From an uncultured delta proteobacterium (GTDB lineage Bacteria > Myxococcota_A > Polyangia > Polyangiales > JAFGIB01), in contig CAVZVA010000010.1 of the NCBI GenBank assembly GCA_963778655.1, forward strand, positions 1,712,426 through 1,776,425: 64,000 nucleotides of DNA, written 5' to 3'. Of the stretch, positions 44,836 through 56,030 are shown piece after piece. How positions within the stretch are numbered: position 1 is the first letter of the stretch; each line of letters starts with the position of its first letter. The notes under the pieces were generated by a model, which saw only the letters and a program-made list of their open reading frames with translations, made no database searches and was not told the DNA's origin. A program made the translations under genes and the position numbers.

Positions 44836-45180
44836 CCCGATCAATCTAGGGACGAAGCGCGGGTTATGCCAGGGCTTTCTTGAGCGCGCGCGCGTTGCGC
44901 ACCCACATCGACCCCAGCGCTCGCGGGGCCCGGCGGAAACTTCCTGCCGGGCGGGCCGCGGCGTCAACGATCAGGTTCGCAAGCTCTTCAGATGGAAGTG
45001 AGCTGCTGAGCCCGCCGAGACCACGGTTCCGGGCTCCGTGCGCGCGCGCGCCGTGGGCCTGCCGCTTCCGCCGTGGGTCTGAGCGTCGGGGTCGATCGCG
45101 TGCTCGACATGCGCCGCACCACGGTCCACGTGTGGTCGGACTCGACTGCTACGCACTGGGCCCAGCCGCCGGGTGAACGC

Positions 45181-46500
45181 TCACAGCTCGCGGCCCTGAA
45201 CCGGGTCTTGTGCGTGCTCCACCCAGGCGCCGATCGCGCGGATCGCCTCGTGGGTGGGCGCGCAGAAGCGGCGCAGCAGCTTCTCATCGAGCTCGGGCTC
45301 GTGGGCGGCTGCGAGCGCGCGGGCGCCGTCGAAGTCGACCAGTGCCAGGCGCAAGCACAGCGCGTCCTCGGGCATGCCGAAGTGCTGGCCGGGCAGCGCC
45401 GAGACGCCGATGTCCTCGAGCAACCGCTCGCTCAGGTCGGCGTCGCTGCGGATGCCGCGCGCAAGCAGCGCGCGTCGCACCGGGGCGAAGCTCGGGAACA
45501 GGTAGAACGCGCCCGCCGGTGACAGCACTTGCAGGCCGCTGGCGCGCAGCACCTCGGCGGCCCAACCGGTCAGGCTGTGCAGCAGGCGGCGCGAGCGCTG
45601 CAGGTAGCGCTCGATTTCTGTCCCGCCCGCGTACGCGCGCACCGCGGCGTATTGGATCGGTGCGCTGGTCGCGGAATAGGTCTCGCTGCCCATCGCCGAG
45701 AGCGCGTCCGACAACCAGCGCAGGCGCGCAGGAAAGCTGCACGTGCCCAGCCGCCAGCCGCCGGCGCCGCACCACTTGGACAGCCCGCCCGACAGGATCG
45801 TGCCCTCCTCGTAGAACGCGGCCATCGACAGGTGATGACCCTCGAACTGCAGCTCGCCGTAGATCTCGTCGGAGAGCACGATGATGCGGTGGCGGCGGCA
45901 GACCTCGGCCAGCTCGACTAGGTCCGCGGCCGAGTAGGTCGCGCCGGTCGGATTGCTGGGATAGTTGAGCACCAGCAGGCGAGGGTGCCAGGCGTCCTGC
46001 CGGCACAGCGCGTCGAGCGCGTCGGCGCGCAGGCGATAGCCGTCGACCACGTGCGTCGGTACGAAGCGCAGCGCGCGCCCGGCCAGGCGCGCTTGCGGCG
46101 CGTAGGAAACCCAGGCCGGCGTCGGCACCAGGAACTCGCCGTCGAAGCAGAACAGCAGTAGGAACATCAGCTCCTTGGAGCCGGGCCCTACGATCACGTC
46201 GTCCTGACCGCGCTGCACGCCGTGACGGCGGCGGTGGTAGTCGGCCACTGCACGCCGCAGCTCGGGCAGCCCGCGCACCGGCAGGTAGTCTTTTTCGGCG
46301 GCGTTTGCCCGCAGTGCCTCGACCACCGGCAAGGGCACCGGAAACGGCGACTGGCCCAGGCCCAGGCTGAAGACCCTGCGCCCGCGGGCCGCGTGCGCAG
46401 CGGCGTGCTCGCGCGAGGCGAGCGTGGGCGAGGGCCCGAGCCAGGCGACTCGGGGATCGAGCGAGGCCACGCTCTCGCCGGCGTACCGATCGCCGCTCAC
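45181..46500 (-). CDS. PLP-dependent aminotransferase class I/II
   Basis: GLGQSPFPVP, NYPSNPTG, SDEIY, GLSKWCGAGGWRLG; start uncertain. Confidence 0.9.
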   Translation of the reverse strand: MSGDRYAGESVASLDPRVAWLGPSPTLASREHAAAHAARGRRVFSLGLGQSPFPVPLPVVEALRANAAEKDYLPVRGLPELRRAVADYHRRRHGVQRGQDDVIVGPGSKELMFLLLFCFDGEFLVPTPAWVSYAPQARLAGRALRFVPTHVVDGYRLRADALDALCRQDAWHPRLLVLNYPSNPTGATYSAADLVELAEVCRRHRIIVLSDEIYGELQFEGHHLSMAAFYEEGTILSGGLSKWCGAGGWRLGTCSFPARLRWLSDALSAMGSETYSATSAPIQYAAVRAYAGGTEIERYLQRSRRLLHSLTGWAAEVLRASGLQVLSPAGAFYLFPSFAPVRRALLARGIRSDADLSERLLEDIGVSALPGQHFGMPEDALCLRLALVDFDGARALAAAHEPELDEKLLRRFCAPTHEAIRAIGAWVEHAQDPVQGREL

Positions 46501-46780
46501 TGCAGCGCTCCGCACTCGTTGGCGAGCCCCCGCACACCGGCGGCCGTGCCACGCGCGAGCTGAGCAATGACCCGCGCCATCCCTGCAATCTAGGAACGAA
46601 CGCCATGGACTGCCAGCACTTTCTCCCCGCGCCCGGAGATCGGCGTGGCAGGCGCACACGGGCGTGCGATAGGCGCTGCGATTGTGGGCGGCGCAACCAC
46701 GTTGAATAGCGCGGCCGGGAACCGGCTATAATGAGAGTGCGGCGTGCGAGTCTGGGCGCGACGCTGCCCGGAGGGCCAGG

Positions 46781-49700
46781 TTGTCGAGTGCGGAGCAAGC
46801 GTCGGTCCCCGAGCGGATCGGCGGCCGCTACCAGATCGAGGCCCAGCTCGGTCAGGGCGGCACGGCCCGCGTGTACCGCGTGCTCGATGCGCGCAGCGGG
46901 CAGCGGCTCGCGCTCAAGAAGCTGGTGCAAGGCAGCTCACACCGCGGCCCAGAGCTGCAGGTGATGTTCGAGCGCGAGTACCACACGCTGATGCATCTGG
47001 CGCATCCGCGCATCGTGCGCGTGTTCGACTACGGCCTCGACGAGGGCGATCCGTTCTACACGATGGAGCTGCTCCAAGGCGGCGACGCGCGCGAGGTCGT
47101 GCGCGGCGAGCCGCTGAGCGTGGCGCGCGCCTGCACGTTGCTGCGTGACGCGGCCTCCGCGCTCGCGCTGATCCACTCGCGGCGCCTGGTCCATCGCGAC
47201 GTCAGCCCGCACAACCTCTGGTGCACGCCCGACGGGCGCGGCACGCTGATCGACTTCGGCACGCTGGTGGCGATGGGACCGCAGTCGCGCGTCGCCGGCA
47301 CGCCGCCGTTCATCGCTCCGGAGTCGCTCTACATGCAGCCGCTCGAGGCGCGGACCGATCTGTATTCGCTGGGCGCCCTGGGGTACTACCTGCTGACGCG
47401 GCGCTACGCCTATCCGGCGCGCGAGATCGCCGAGCTGCGCGAGCTGTGGCGGCGCGCGCCGCCGCGCCCGGAGCAGATCCGGCCCGAGCTGCCGCCCGCG
47501 CTGTGCGACCTGGTGATGGCGCTGCTCAGCATCGACACCCGCGGCCGTCCCGCGTCGGCGGCCGAGGTGTACGAGCGGCTGAGCGCGATCGCCGAGCTGC
47601 CCGCGGATGACGGCCGTCGCGCAGCCGAAGCCTTCCTGACCAGCCCCGAGCTGGTGGGGCGAGAGGCGCAGAGCGCGCAGCTGCAGCAACGCCTGCGGCG
47701 CGCGCTGCGCGGGCGCGGCGGGGTCGCCGCGATTGCCGCCCCCGCGGGGCTCGGCCGCAGCCGCCTGCTGGAGAGCTTCGTGCTCGAGGCCAAGCTGACC
47801 GGCGCCAGCGTGGTCAGCCTGTTCGCTACCGCGGTCGGCTCCGGTTCGCTTGCGCTCGGCGGCGCGCTGGCCGAGCGGCTGCTCGACCTGCACCCGGAGC
47901 TGGCCGCGCAGGCCGCGAGCCTGGCCGGCGTGCTCGGCCAGCTCTCGCCCGCGCTGCGCAGCGCGCTGGGCGAGCCTGCCCTGGCCACGCTCACGCCCTA
48001 TGATCGCGCCCCCAAGCTGACTGCCGCGCTGGTCGAGTTGGTCGAGCTCGCGTGCTCGCGGCAGCCGCTGGTGATCGCAGTCGATGACGTGCACCGGGCC
48101 GACAGCGCATCGCTGGGGCTGCTGGGACGGCTCTCCACGCTCGCCGCCGAGCGCGCGTTGCTGTTGGTGACCACGCTCGAGGCCGACAGCCTGGAGGCGC
48201 CGCCGCCGGCGCTCGAGCAGCTCGCGCGCGAGCACGATCGGGTGACGATCTTCCCGCTCGAGCGCGAGCACACCCAGGCGCTGCTGGGCTCGCTGTTCGG
48301 CAGCGTGCCGGGTCTGGACGACGCCGCGCGCTGGCTGCACGAGCTGTCGCAAGGCAGCCCGCAGGCCTGCATGCAGTACGCGCAGCACCTGGTCGATTGG
48401 GGCATCGCGCGCTACGAGAGCGGTGGCTGGAAGCTGCCGCCGAGGCTGCGTGACTGCGGTCTGCCGGCCACGCTCGACGCGATGTTCGAGGCGCGGGTGG
48501 CGGCGCTCGGCGACGACGCGCGTACGCTCGCGCTTGGGCTGGCGCTCGCGCGCGACGAGAGCCGCTCGGCCTGGCAGCCCGAGAGCTACGTGCACATCGA
48601 GGACTTCCCCAAGCTGCTCGACGGGGCCGACTTCGCTCGCGCCTCGCAGGCGATCGACGAGCTGCTGTGCGCGGGCGTGCTCGAGCAGCGCGACCAGTTC
48701 TACGTGCTGGCCCAGCGCGCGCTGGTCGACGCGCTGCTGCGCCACAGCGAGACGGCCGAGCGGCGGGCGGTCCATCTGCGGCTGGCGGAGGTGTTTCAGG
48801 TCGGCGGAGGTCGCTACACCCACATGTCCGCGGTGCAGCAGCTGCAGCGGGCCGGCGAGCAGGAGCATGCGCGCGACGAGCTGGTGCGTTTCATCGACCG
48901 GCTGTCCCGCGCGAGCATGGACTGGGGCGCCATGCGCATCTCGGTCACGGCCCAGTGCGCGCAAGCGGCGCTGCTGAGCTGGCAGCGCGAAGGCGGCTCG
49001 CCGCGCGACGGGATCTTGCTGCGGCGCCTGCTCCTGCTGGTGTGCTCCGTCTACGACTGGAGCCTGATGCAGCACGGCGACGCGCAGCTCGAGCGACTGC
49101 GCCTGGACAGCGGGCTTGTGGACTGGGAGCGCACCGACGCCTCACTCGCGCCGCTGCAGCGCGTGCTCGAGTGCCTCAAGCTCGCGCAACAGCGCTACGA
49201 GCAGACGCCGGAAGCCGAGCGCGGCCTGGCGCCGGGTGACGCCCTGCGCGAGCTGGGCGCGTGCGCCATGCCGCTGAGCGGCGCGGCGGTGCACAGCCAC
49301 GACGTGGCGCGGGCACGCGCGCTGGCCGAGGCGCTCGAGCCGCTGCGCCCCCTGTCTCCTCTGCTCGACCTGCTGGCGGACATGGCCGTGCTCGGGGTCC
49401 AGCGCGTGACCGGGCGCGAGATCGGCGACGCGCTGGTGGATTGCGCCCATCGGCTGGTCGGGAGCCCGCTGCCGGAGGTGCTGCGGATGGGCGGCGCCGC
49501 GGTCAACCTGCAGATCCAGGCGGTGGAGGATGCGCGCTACGGCCGCGAGCGCGGATTCGAGCTGCTCGATCTCATCGTGCCGACCACGGGCGAAGATCTG
49601 TTCCTGGTCGTGCACGGACGTTTCCTGCTGCACGGCTTCGCCGGGCGCGCGGCCGAGGCCGCGAAGCTGCGCAAGCGGGTCGAGGTGATCACCGAGGACG

Positions 49701-50887
49701 ACGTGTGGCGGCGCAACTGCTTCCTGTGGGCCGAGGCCGAGCTGTGTGCGCTCACCGGTGACCTGATCGGGCTTGGCCGTGCGGTGGAAGCGATCGCGGC
49801 GCTGGCCGAGCGCTTCCCCGGCTGGCAGCCCTGGCTGGGCTGGGCGCGCGCGGCACTGCACCGGCTGCGCGGCGAGCTGGGGGCCGCCCGCGCGCAGCTC
49901 GACGCCGCGCTCGAGCTGGCCCGCCCCGGCGAGCACCGGGCCTATGTGCGCATCGCGCCCGCGCGTGCAGAGCTGATGCTGCTGCAGGGCGACGCCGAGG
50001 GTGCGCTGGACGCATGCGGGTCGATCCGGGAGGCCGTTGCGCGCTGCTCGCTCGACCTGTGGGCCGCGGTGGCGGCCGAGCGCATCCAGGCCCTGGCGCT
50101 GAGCGAGCTGGAGCGTCACGACGAGGCGGCGGCGAGCATCGACCGCGCCTTCGGGCTGGCCGAGCGCCAGGGCTTCGGCGGCTTGCCCCTGGCCTTGCTG
50201 CACGAGGCGCGCGCCAGGGTGGCGCTGGCGGCGCGCTCGGTCGATTCGTGCACTGCGGCGCTGGCGCAGATGCGCGCCTTGATCGCCTCCGCCGACGCGC
50301 CCGCGTTGGTCAACGCCTACGAGAGCCTGCGCGAGCGAGGCGGGCGCCAGCTTGAGCTCAACGGCTTGCCTTCCCCGGTGACCCTGGTCACGGCCAACAT
50401 GACCGACGTCTCGAGCGTGTACTCCGAGGTGCGCGCGCGGCTGAGCGCCTGCGGCCTGCCCAAACAGCGGGCGCAGCAGGCGCTGGAGCTGCTGCTGGAG
50501 GACAGCCGTGCTCGCTCGGGCCACCTGTTCCTGTTCGGTCAGGACGGGTTGTTTCCCGCGGCCTCCGCGCACGGCGTGGCGGACGACGCGCTGCTCTCCC
50601 AGGCGAAGCAGTACGTCGAGAGTCAGCGCGTGCAGACCAAGACCGCGGCGCTGACCAGCTCGCCCGGCACCACGGAAGTCGGCGGCAGCCACTTCACGTT
50701 GGGCGCCACCAAGCTCGTGCCGGTGCTGCTCACCGACGTGACCGACGGCCGCTCGGTGATGCTCGGGGTGGGGCTGCTCGCCATGCACGAAGCGACCCTG
50801 CGCATGCCCCGGTCCCTGCTGCTGCAGGCGCTGGCGCGCTGTCTAGCGAGCAGCGGCGACAGCGTGCCGTTGCCGTTCGACGGCTGA
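46781..50887 (+). CDS. Ser/Thr protein kinase fused to an AAA/STAND-like ATPase and helical repeats
   Basis: LGQGG, ALKK, HRDVSPHN, DFG, APE; LVGRE...APAGLGRS (Walker A variant) and VDDVHRAD (Walker B). Confidence 0.9.
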   Translation: MSSAEQASVPERIGGRYQIEAQLGQGGTARVYRVLDARSGQRLALKKLVQGSSHRGPELQVMFEREYHTLMHLAHPRIVRVFDYGLDEGDPFYTMELLQGGDAREVVRGEPLSVARACTLLRDAASALALIHSRRLVHRDVSPHNLWCTPDGRGTLIDFGTLVAMGPQSRVAGTPPFIAPESLYMQPLEARTDLYSLGALGYYLLTRRYAYPAREIAELRELWRRAPPRPEQIRPELPPALCDLVMALLSIDTRGRPASAAEVYERLSAIAELPADDGRRAAEAFLTSPELVGREAQSAQLQQRLRRALRGRGGVAAIAAPAGLGRSRLLESFVLEAKLTGASVVSLFATAVGSGSLALGGALAERLLDLHPELAAQAASLAGVLGQLSPALRSALGEPALATLTPYDRAPKLTAALVELVELACSRQPLVIAVDDVHRADSASLGLLGRLSTLAAERALLLVTTLEADSLEAPPPALEQLAREHDRVTIFPLEREHTQALLGSLFGSVPGLDDAARWLHELSQGSPQACMQYAQHLVDWGIARYESGGWKLPPRLRDCGLPATLDAMFEARVAALGDDARTLALGLALARDESRSAWQPESYVHIEDFPKLLDGADFARASQAIDELLCAGVLEQRDQFYVLAQRALVDALLRHSETAERRAVHLRLAEVFQVGGGRYTHMSAVQQLQRAGEQEHARDELVRFIDRLSRASMDWGAMRISVTAQCAQAALLSWQREGGSPRDGILLRRLLLLVCSVYDWSLMQHGDAQLERLRLDSGLVDWERTDASLAPLQRVLECLKLAQQRYEQTPEAERGLAPGDALRELGACAMPLSGAAVHSHDVARARALAEALEPLRPLSPLLDLLADMAVLGVQRVTGREIGDALVDCAHRLVGSPLPEVLRMGGAAVNLQIQAVEDARYGRERGFELLDLIVPTTGEDLFLVVHGRFLLHGFAGRAAEAAKLRKRVEVITEDDVWRRNCFLWAEAELCALTGDLIGLGRAVEAIAALAERFPGWQPWLGWARAALHRLRGELGAARAQLDAALELARPGEHRAYVRIAPARAELMLLQGDAEGALDACGSIREAVARCSLDLWAAVAAERIQALALSELERHDEAAASIDRAFGLAERQGFGGLPLALLHEARARVALAARSVDSCTAALAQMRALIASADAPALVNAYESLRERGGRQLELNGLPSPVTLVTANMTDVSSVYSEVRARLSACGLPKQRAQQALELLLEDSRARSGHLFLFGQDGLFPAASAHGVADDALLSQAKQYVESQRVQTKTAALTSSPGTTEVGGSHFTLGATKLVPVLLTDVTDGRSVMLGVGLLAMHEATLRMPRSLLLQALARCLASSGDSVPLPFDG

Positions 50888-50915
50888 GGGCGCGCGCGCC
50901 GCGGGCCTGGATCGC

Positions 50916-52037
50916 TCAGCGTCCGAGGTACTCGAGCACCGCGGCGGCGACGCGGCGCTGCGGCTGCTCGCCGAGCTCGCCGTAGATCGGCAGCGAGAGC
51001 ACCTGCTGCGCAGCGCGCTCCGCCTGCGGGAAGCTGCCCGGGCCTTGTCCCAGGTACGCGAAGCACTCCTGCAGGTGCAGCGGCACCGGGTAATACACCT
51101 CGCAGCCGATCTGCAGCGCGCGCAGGTGCGCCCGCAGGCCGTCGCGCGCGTCGGTCGCGATCGTGTACTGGTTGTAGACGTGTCCGGGCGAGATCTCGCG
51201 CGGCAGGCGCAGGCGGCTCTCGGGCAGCCCTGCCTGCGCAAACAACTCGTCGTAGCGCGCTGCGTTGCGCCGGCGCGCCTCGCCGAAGCGCTGCAGGTGC
51301 GGTAGCTTGACCCGCAGCACCGCGGCCTGGATCGCGTCCAGCCGGAAGTTGCCGCCGATGCGCTCGTGGTAGTAGCGCTCCTCGGCACCGTGCGCGCGCA
51401 ACACGCGCACGCGTGCGGCCAGGGCCGCGTCGTTGCTGGTGACGAGCCCGCCGTCGCCGAAGCCGCCCAGGTTCTTGGAGGGAAAGAACGAGAAGCAGCC
51501 GAACGCCCCGACCGTGCCCGCGCACAGGGCGCCCTGGCCCGCGCCCAGGCTCTGCGCGGCGTCCTCGATCAGCGGCAGATCATGCGCGCCGCACAGTCGC
51601 TGCAGCGCGGCCAGATCCGCGGTCTGTCCGAATAGGTGCACCGGCATGACGGCGCGGGTGCGCTCGGTGATCGCCGCCTCGACCTGCGTCACGTCGAGGT
51701 TGAAGCTGCTGGGCTCGATGTCGACGAACACCGGGCGCGCGCCCAGCCGGGCGATGCAGCCGGCCGTGGCGAAGAACGAGAACGGGGTGGTGATCACCTC
51801 GTCGCCCGGGCCGATCTCCAGCGCCATCATCGCCACCAGCAGCGCGTCGGTGCCGCTGGAGACGCCGATCGCGTGCGCCACGCCCAGATGGCGGGCGACC
51901 TCCTGCTCGAAGGCGCTGACCTCCTCGCCGAGGATGAACTGCCCCGAGCGCGCCACGCGCAGTAGCGCGGCTTCCAGCTCGGCCTGCAGCGGGCCGTTCT
52001 GTGCGTTCAGATCGAGCAAAGGGATCGGCTCGCTCAT
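50916..52037 (-). CDS. DegT/DnrJ/EryC1/StrS sugar aminotransferase (WbpE-like)
   Basis: [41 protein letters not shown]. Confidence 0.95.
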   Translation of the reverse strand: MSEPIPLLDLNAQNGPLQAELEAALLRVARSGQFILGEEVSAFEQEVARHLGVAHAIGVSSGTDALLVAMMALEIGPGDEVITTPFSFFATAGCIARLGARPVFVDIEPSSFNLDVTQVEAAITERTRAVMPVHLFGQTADLAALQRLCGAHDLPLIEDAAQSLGAGQGALCAGTVGAFGCFSFFPSKNLGGFGDGGLVTSNDAALAARVRVLRAHGAEERYYHERIGGNFRLDAIQAAVLRVKLPHLQRFGEARRRNAARYDELFAQAGLPESRLRLPREISPGHVYNQYTIATDARDGLRAHLRALQIGCEVYYPVPLHLQECFAYLGQGPGSFPQAERAAQQVLSLPIYGELGEQPQRRVAAAVLEYLGR

Positions 52038-52092
52038 CGGGTCACCCTTGGCGGGCAGTCGCCGGACCCTGCTGGGGTCGATGAAGCAAGGC

Positions 52093-52662
52093 TCATGGCA
52101 GCGGCTCGCAGCGCTCGGCATCGATGCGGTAGCGGCGCCGGCAGCCGGCGCAACGCGGCTCGCGCGCCTCGGCGGGCAGCCGCAGGCCGCACGCGCAGAT
52201 GAAGCCCAGGCGGCGCGCCGGATTGCCTACCAGCAGCTCGAACGGCCCGGCTCCGCGCGTGACCACGCTGCCGGCGCCGATCATGCAGTGCTCGCCCAGC
52301 TCGTGGCCACACAGGATCGTGGCGTTGGCGCCCACGGTGGCGCCGCGGCGCACGCGCGTGCGCCGGAACTCGTCCTTGCGCTCGATCGACGCGCGCGGGT
52401 TGATCACGTTGGTGAACACGCAGCTCGGCCCGAGAAAGACGTCGTCTTCGATCTCCACGCCCTCGTAGACCGAGACGTTGTTCTGGATCTTGACCCCGCG
52501 CCCGATCCGCACGTCGCGCCCGATGAATACGTTCTGGCCCAGCACGCAGCGCTCGCCCAGGCGCGCGCCGCGGCTGATGTGCACGAAGTGCCAGACTCGG
52601 GTGCCGTCCCCGAGCTCCACGTCCTCGTCGATCACGGCGCTCGGGTGGACGCTCACATCCAT
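52093..52662 (-). CDS. Hexapeptide-repeat sugar N-acetyltransferase (WbpD/WlbB-like)
   Basis: [38 protein letters not shown]-terminal CxCG...CxxC. Confidence 0.92.
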   Translation of the reverse strand: MDVSVHPSAVIDEDVELGDGTRVWHFVHISRGARLGERCVLGQNVFIGRDVRIGRGVKIQNNVSVYEGVEIEDDVFLGPSCVFTNVINPRASIERKDEFRRTRVRRGATVGANATILCGHELGEHCMIGAGSVVTRGAGPFELLVGNPARRLGFICACGLRLPAEAREPRCAGCRRRYRIDAERCEPLP

Positions 52663-52728
52663 CGGACAAGTTTGCCACGGAGCCTGCCGCCGCGAGCAAT
52701 TTGGCTACGCCGGCCCCCGATGTGGGTC

Positions 52729-53130
52729 CTAGTACGCGAGGTTGCCCTTCTCTTCTTTCTTGGTGCCGGCTGCGGCGCCGCCCGCGGCCTGGAACGTGAA
52801 CACCTGCGGGATGCGGAAGGCATCGCCGTTGTCGGCGCGGATCATGATGTCGACCTTGCCCGGGGCCACGCCGGCCGGGGTGAGCAGCTCCATCGTCTCC
52901 GGGTCGCGGATGGTCAGGGTGCTGACCTTCTTGGTTCCGAAGTAGATCGTGTAGCCGATGTCCTGGCGGAAGTTCTTGCCCAGGATCTGGACCACCTGAT
53001 CACCCTGGGTGCTGCCGACGCGCGGGTTGACGTCGAGGATCGTCATCTGGCCGCCACTGTCGCAGGCGGCGAGCAGAATCATCGACAGACCCAACCAGCA
53101 GAACCCGTTCCTGCGCTTTGGCTGCCCCAT
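52729..53130 (-). CDS. IPT/TIG-domain lipoprotein
   Basis: Lipobox [36 protein letters not shown]. Confidence 0.85.
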   Translation of the reverse strand: MGQPKRRNGFCWLGLSMILLAACDSGGQMTILDVNPRVGSTQGDQVVQILGKNFRQDIGYTIYFGTKKVSTLTIRDPETMELLTPAGVAPGKVDIMIRADNGDAFRIPQVFTFQAAGGAAAGTKKEEKGNLAY

Positions 53131-53351
53131 GCTCGGTACCTCCTACTCGTCCCAACTTGGAGACCGATGAAAACCCTAATAATATTGTGCGAACAACCTC
53201 GGCACGATACGCGAGGGCGGCGCACAGGGTCAAGCACCCACAGAAACGCAGATCGCGGCATAGAATTCCGGAACCGCGACCGGTCCGGCTCGCCCATCGA
53301 GTACGCTTTGGGGACGGCCGTTCGCGCTCGACGATCGGGCAACCGCACAAC

Positions 53352-55895
53352 GTGGCCAAGAAAAATCTTCTTCTCGTCGACGCCGATCCGCGCAGCCTGC
53401 GGGTGCTGGAGATCAGCCTGCGCAAGGCTGGCTATAACGTTGCGGCCAGCGCCGACGCCAAGAGCGCGCTCGAGTTGCTCGAGCTGTCCAAGCCGGATCT
53501 GATCCTCTCCGACACCCGTCTGCCCGGCATGGACGGCTTCGCGCTGGTCGAGGAGCTGCACAAGAACCCGGAATGGGCCGACATCCCGGTGATCTTCCTG
53601 TCGAGCGACCTCTCGGTCGAGAGCAAGGTGCACGGCCTGGAGCGCGGGGTCGAGGACTACCTGACCAAACCGATCTACATCAAAGAGATCATCGCGCGCG
53701 TCAATCTGGTGCTGCAGCGCAAGCAGCGCGCCGGCCTCGAAGTGCGCGGCGCCGCCAGCAGGACGCGCTTCACCGGCTCGCTCGCGGACATGGGCTTGGT
53801 CGACCTGCTGCAGACGGTCGACCACAGCAAGAAGTCGGGCGTGCTGTATCTGACCTCCGGCAACCAGCGCGGGGCGATTTACGTGCGCGAGGGCAACGTG
53901 GTCGACGCCGAGCTGGGGCCGCTGCGCGGCGAGCGCGCAGTCTATCGCGCGCTGGTGTGGAGCGAGGGCAGCTTCGAGATCGACTTCCGCGACGTGCGCC
54001 GTGAGGACGTGATCCGCACCTCGACCCAGGGCGTGCTGATGGAGGGCATGCGGCGCGTCGACGAGTGGGGCCGCCTGCTCGAGCAACTGCCCGATCTCGA
54101 CAGCGTGTTCGAGGTCAACGACGAGGAGCTGCTACGGCGGCTGGCCGAGCTGCCCGACGAGATCAACCTCGTGCTCAAGCACTTCGACGGCAAGCGCTCG
54201 GTGCTGCAGATCGTCGATCGCTGCGACGGCGACGACCTCGAGACGCTGACCGTGATCTCCAAGCTGTTCTTCGAGGGCTTGATCTACGACACCGGGCGCA
54301 AGGCCGGCTCGGACGAGGCGGCGGCGGTGAGCGAGCGGCCGGCCGCGCGCACGGTCGAGCGCGAGATCGCGCTCAACGTGCCGACCCTCGCGCCGCCCGC
54401 GCACGAGCCCGTACCCTCGCAGGTGCCGCCACCGGTGGCGGCGTCCGACAGGGGGCAACGCTCGCCCCGCACGGCGCCAGGGATGCCGCGGCCTCAGCTG
54501 GCCGAGGCGCGCGCGGGCGGCGGCGGGCGCTCGGCCGGCAGCGACCGTTCCGATGAGTCGCGCACCACCCTCGACTACACCAGGCCCAGCCCAGCCGGCC
54601 GACGCAGCGCCTCGCCCCGGGGGCGCCGCGGCAGACCCAACGAGCGCACCTTGCGCGGCTTCAAGCCCGAGCGCGAGGAGCCCAACAACGTGGTCACGCT
54701 GGCGCCGCGCGGGTCGGCGCCCGATGCGCGCTCGGAGCTGCCGACCGAGCGCCCGCGCGCAAGCGCCGAGGACGGCGACCGGGTCGAGGAGGTGGCGCTC
54801 GCCCGGGTGCGGCGCAAGCGCAAGCGCCGCAGGCGCGCCTCGCTCATCACCTCACCCGGCCTGCTCAGCGGTGGCGGCGTGGACGACTCGGACGCCGCGG
54901 GCGCGCGGCGCTCGCACGCGGGAACCGCGCCGGTGGGGCCGGCCGACGAGCCGCCGCTGCTGGACTCGCGCGCGCTGGTTACCGACCGCCCGCCACCGCC
55001 GCCGCCTCCTCCGCCCCCACCCGAGCCCGCTGCGCATGCCGGCGATCCATCCGCCGAGCCGCGTGCGAGCGGGGAGATGCCGGTGCGGGTGAGTGTGATG
55101 CGCGCGGTCGCCAAGACGCTTTCCGAACCGCGCCCGCCGCCTCCGCTGGCCGATCCGGCGCCCGCAGCTGCGCCCGCGCCCCCTGCCGCCGCGCCTGCGC
55201 CTGCCGCGGCCGAGCCACGGGCGGCGTCCGCGCTCGTTCCTGCGTCCGAAGCCGCGCAGACAGAGGACGCCGGCCTGCTTCGCACCGATCCGCCCCACGC
55301 GCTGCCGATCGCGGGCACCGCGCGCGTGCTGCGAGTGGCGCTGGCAGCAGCCGCGGCGCTGCTTACGCTGGCGGGCATCTACCGGCTGGCTGCCCCGGCG
55401 CAGGAACCGCCGCGCTCGCGGATCAGCCACGGCAGCACGGCGGCGCCCGCGGCCGGCACGCCGAGCGCGACGCCCCCGGCCGCCGCGCCGAGCGCGACGC
55501 CCGCGCCCGCGGCTGCCGAGCCGGTCGCGCCGCAGCCCACGCCTCCGGCCGCCGCCGTGCAAGCGCTGGTGGCACAGGCGCGCGCGCTCGAGCACGCCGG
55601 CAAGCCGCGCCAGGCCATGGGCCTCTACGAGCAAGCCGAGGCGCTCGATCCGAATGCGCCCGAGGTGCTGAGCCACCTGGCCTTCGACTACCTCAACCGC
55701 GGCGACAACCAGCGCGCCGCCGACTACGCGTCGCGCGCGGTCGCGGTCGACCCGCACAGCTCCGAGGGCTGGATCGTGCTGGGCGCTGCGCGCCATGCAC
55801 TGGGCGACGCGCGCGCTGCGCGCGACGCCTACCGCAAGTGCGTCGAGCTGGGCACAGGCGAGTACGTCGAAGAGTGCCGGCGCGTCGCCCGTTGA
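53352..55895 (+). CDS. Receiver + DUF4388-like + disordered linker + TM + TPR protein
   Basis: REC ([15 protein letters not shown]); [15 protein letters not shown]...KSGVL...W.EGSFEI; Pro/Ala linker; TM helix; C-terminal TPRs. Confidence 0.85.
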   Translation: MAKKNLLLVDADPRSLRVLEISLRKAGYNVAASADAKSALELLELSKPDLILSDTRLPGMDGFALVEELHKNPEWADIPVIFLSSDLSVESKVHGLERGVEDYLTKPIYIKEIIARVNLVLQRKQRAGLEVRGAASRTRFTGSLADMGLVDLLQTVDHSKKSGVLYLTSGNQRGAIYVREGNVVDAELGPLRGERAVYRALVWSEGSFEIDFRDVRREDVIRTSTQGVLMEGMRRVDEWGRLLEQLPDLDSVFEVNDEELLRRLAELPDEINLVLKHFDGKRSVLQIVDRCDGDDLETLTVISKLFFEGLIYDTGRKAGSDEAAAVSERPAARTVEREIALNVPTLAPPAHEPVPSQVPPPVAASDRGQRSPRTAPGMPRPQLAEARAGGGGRSAGSDRSDESRTTLDYTRPSPAGRRSASPRGRRGRPNERTLRGFKPEREEPNNVVTLAPRGSAPDARSELPTERPRASAEDGDRVEEVALARVRRKRKRRRRASLITSPGLLSGGGVDDSDAAGARRSHAGTAPVGPADEPPLLDSRALVTDRPPPPPPPPPPPEPAAHAGDPSAEPRASGEMPVRVSVMRAVAKTLSEPRPPPPLADPAPAAAPAPPAAAPAPAAAEPRAASALVPASEAAQTEDAGLLRTDPPHALPIAGTARVLRVALAAAAALLTLAGIYRLAAPAQEPPRSRISHGSTAAPAAGTPSATPPAAAPSATPAPAAAEPVAPQPTPPAAAVQALVAQARALEHAGKPRQAMGLYEQAEALDPNAPEVLSHLAFDYLNRGDNQRAADYASRAVAVDPHSSEGWIVLGAARHALGDARAARDAYRKCVELGTGEYVEECRRVAR

Positions 55896-55932
55896 GCGCG
55901 CTTGCGGTTGCGCGCGCGCGGACATGAAGAGT

Positions 55933-55993
55933 CAACAGGAAGACAGGAAGGCGGGAAGAACAGCGTTCATCGACGCTTCCCGTCTTTGTGTGA
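55933..55993. repeat. REP-like palindrome, family B
   Basis: caacaggaagacaggaaggcgggaag...cttcccgtctttgtgtga; between convergent genes. Confidence 0.75.
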
Positions 55994-56030
55994 GTCTCTC
56001 GCGTCCGTGGCCCGCCCTGCTGGCTCCAGC

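Noticed and set aside
44971..45180. Small ORFs or a riboswitch upstream of tldD
   Set aside because: No convincing RBS, protein motif or recognisable aptamer consensus.
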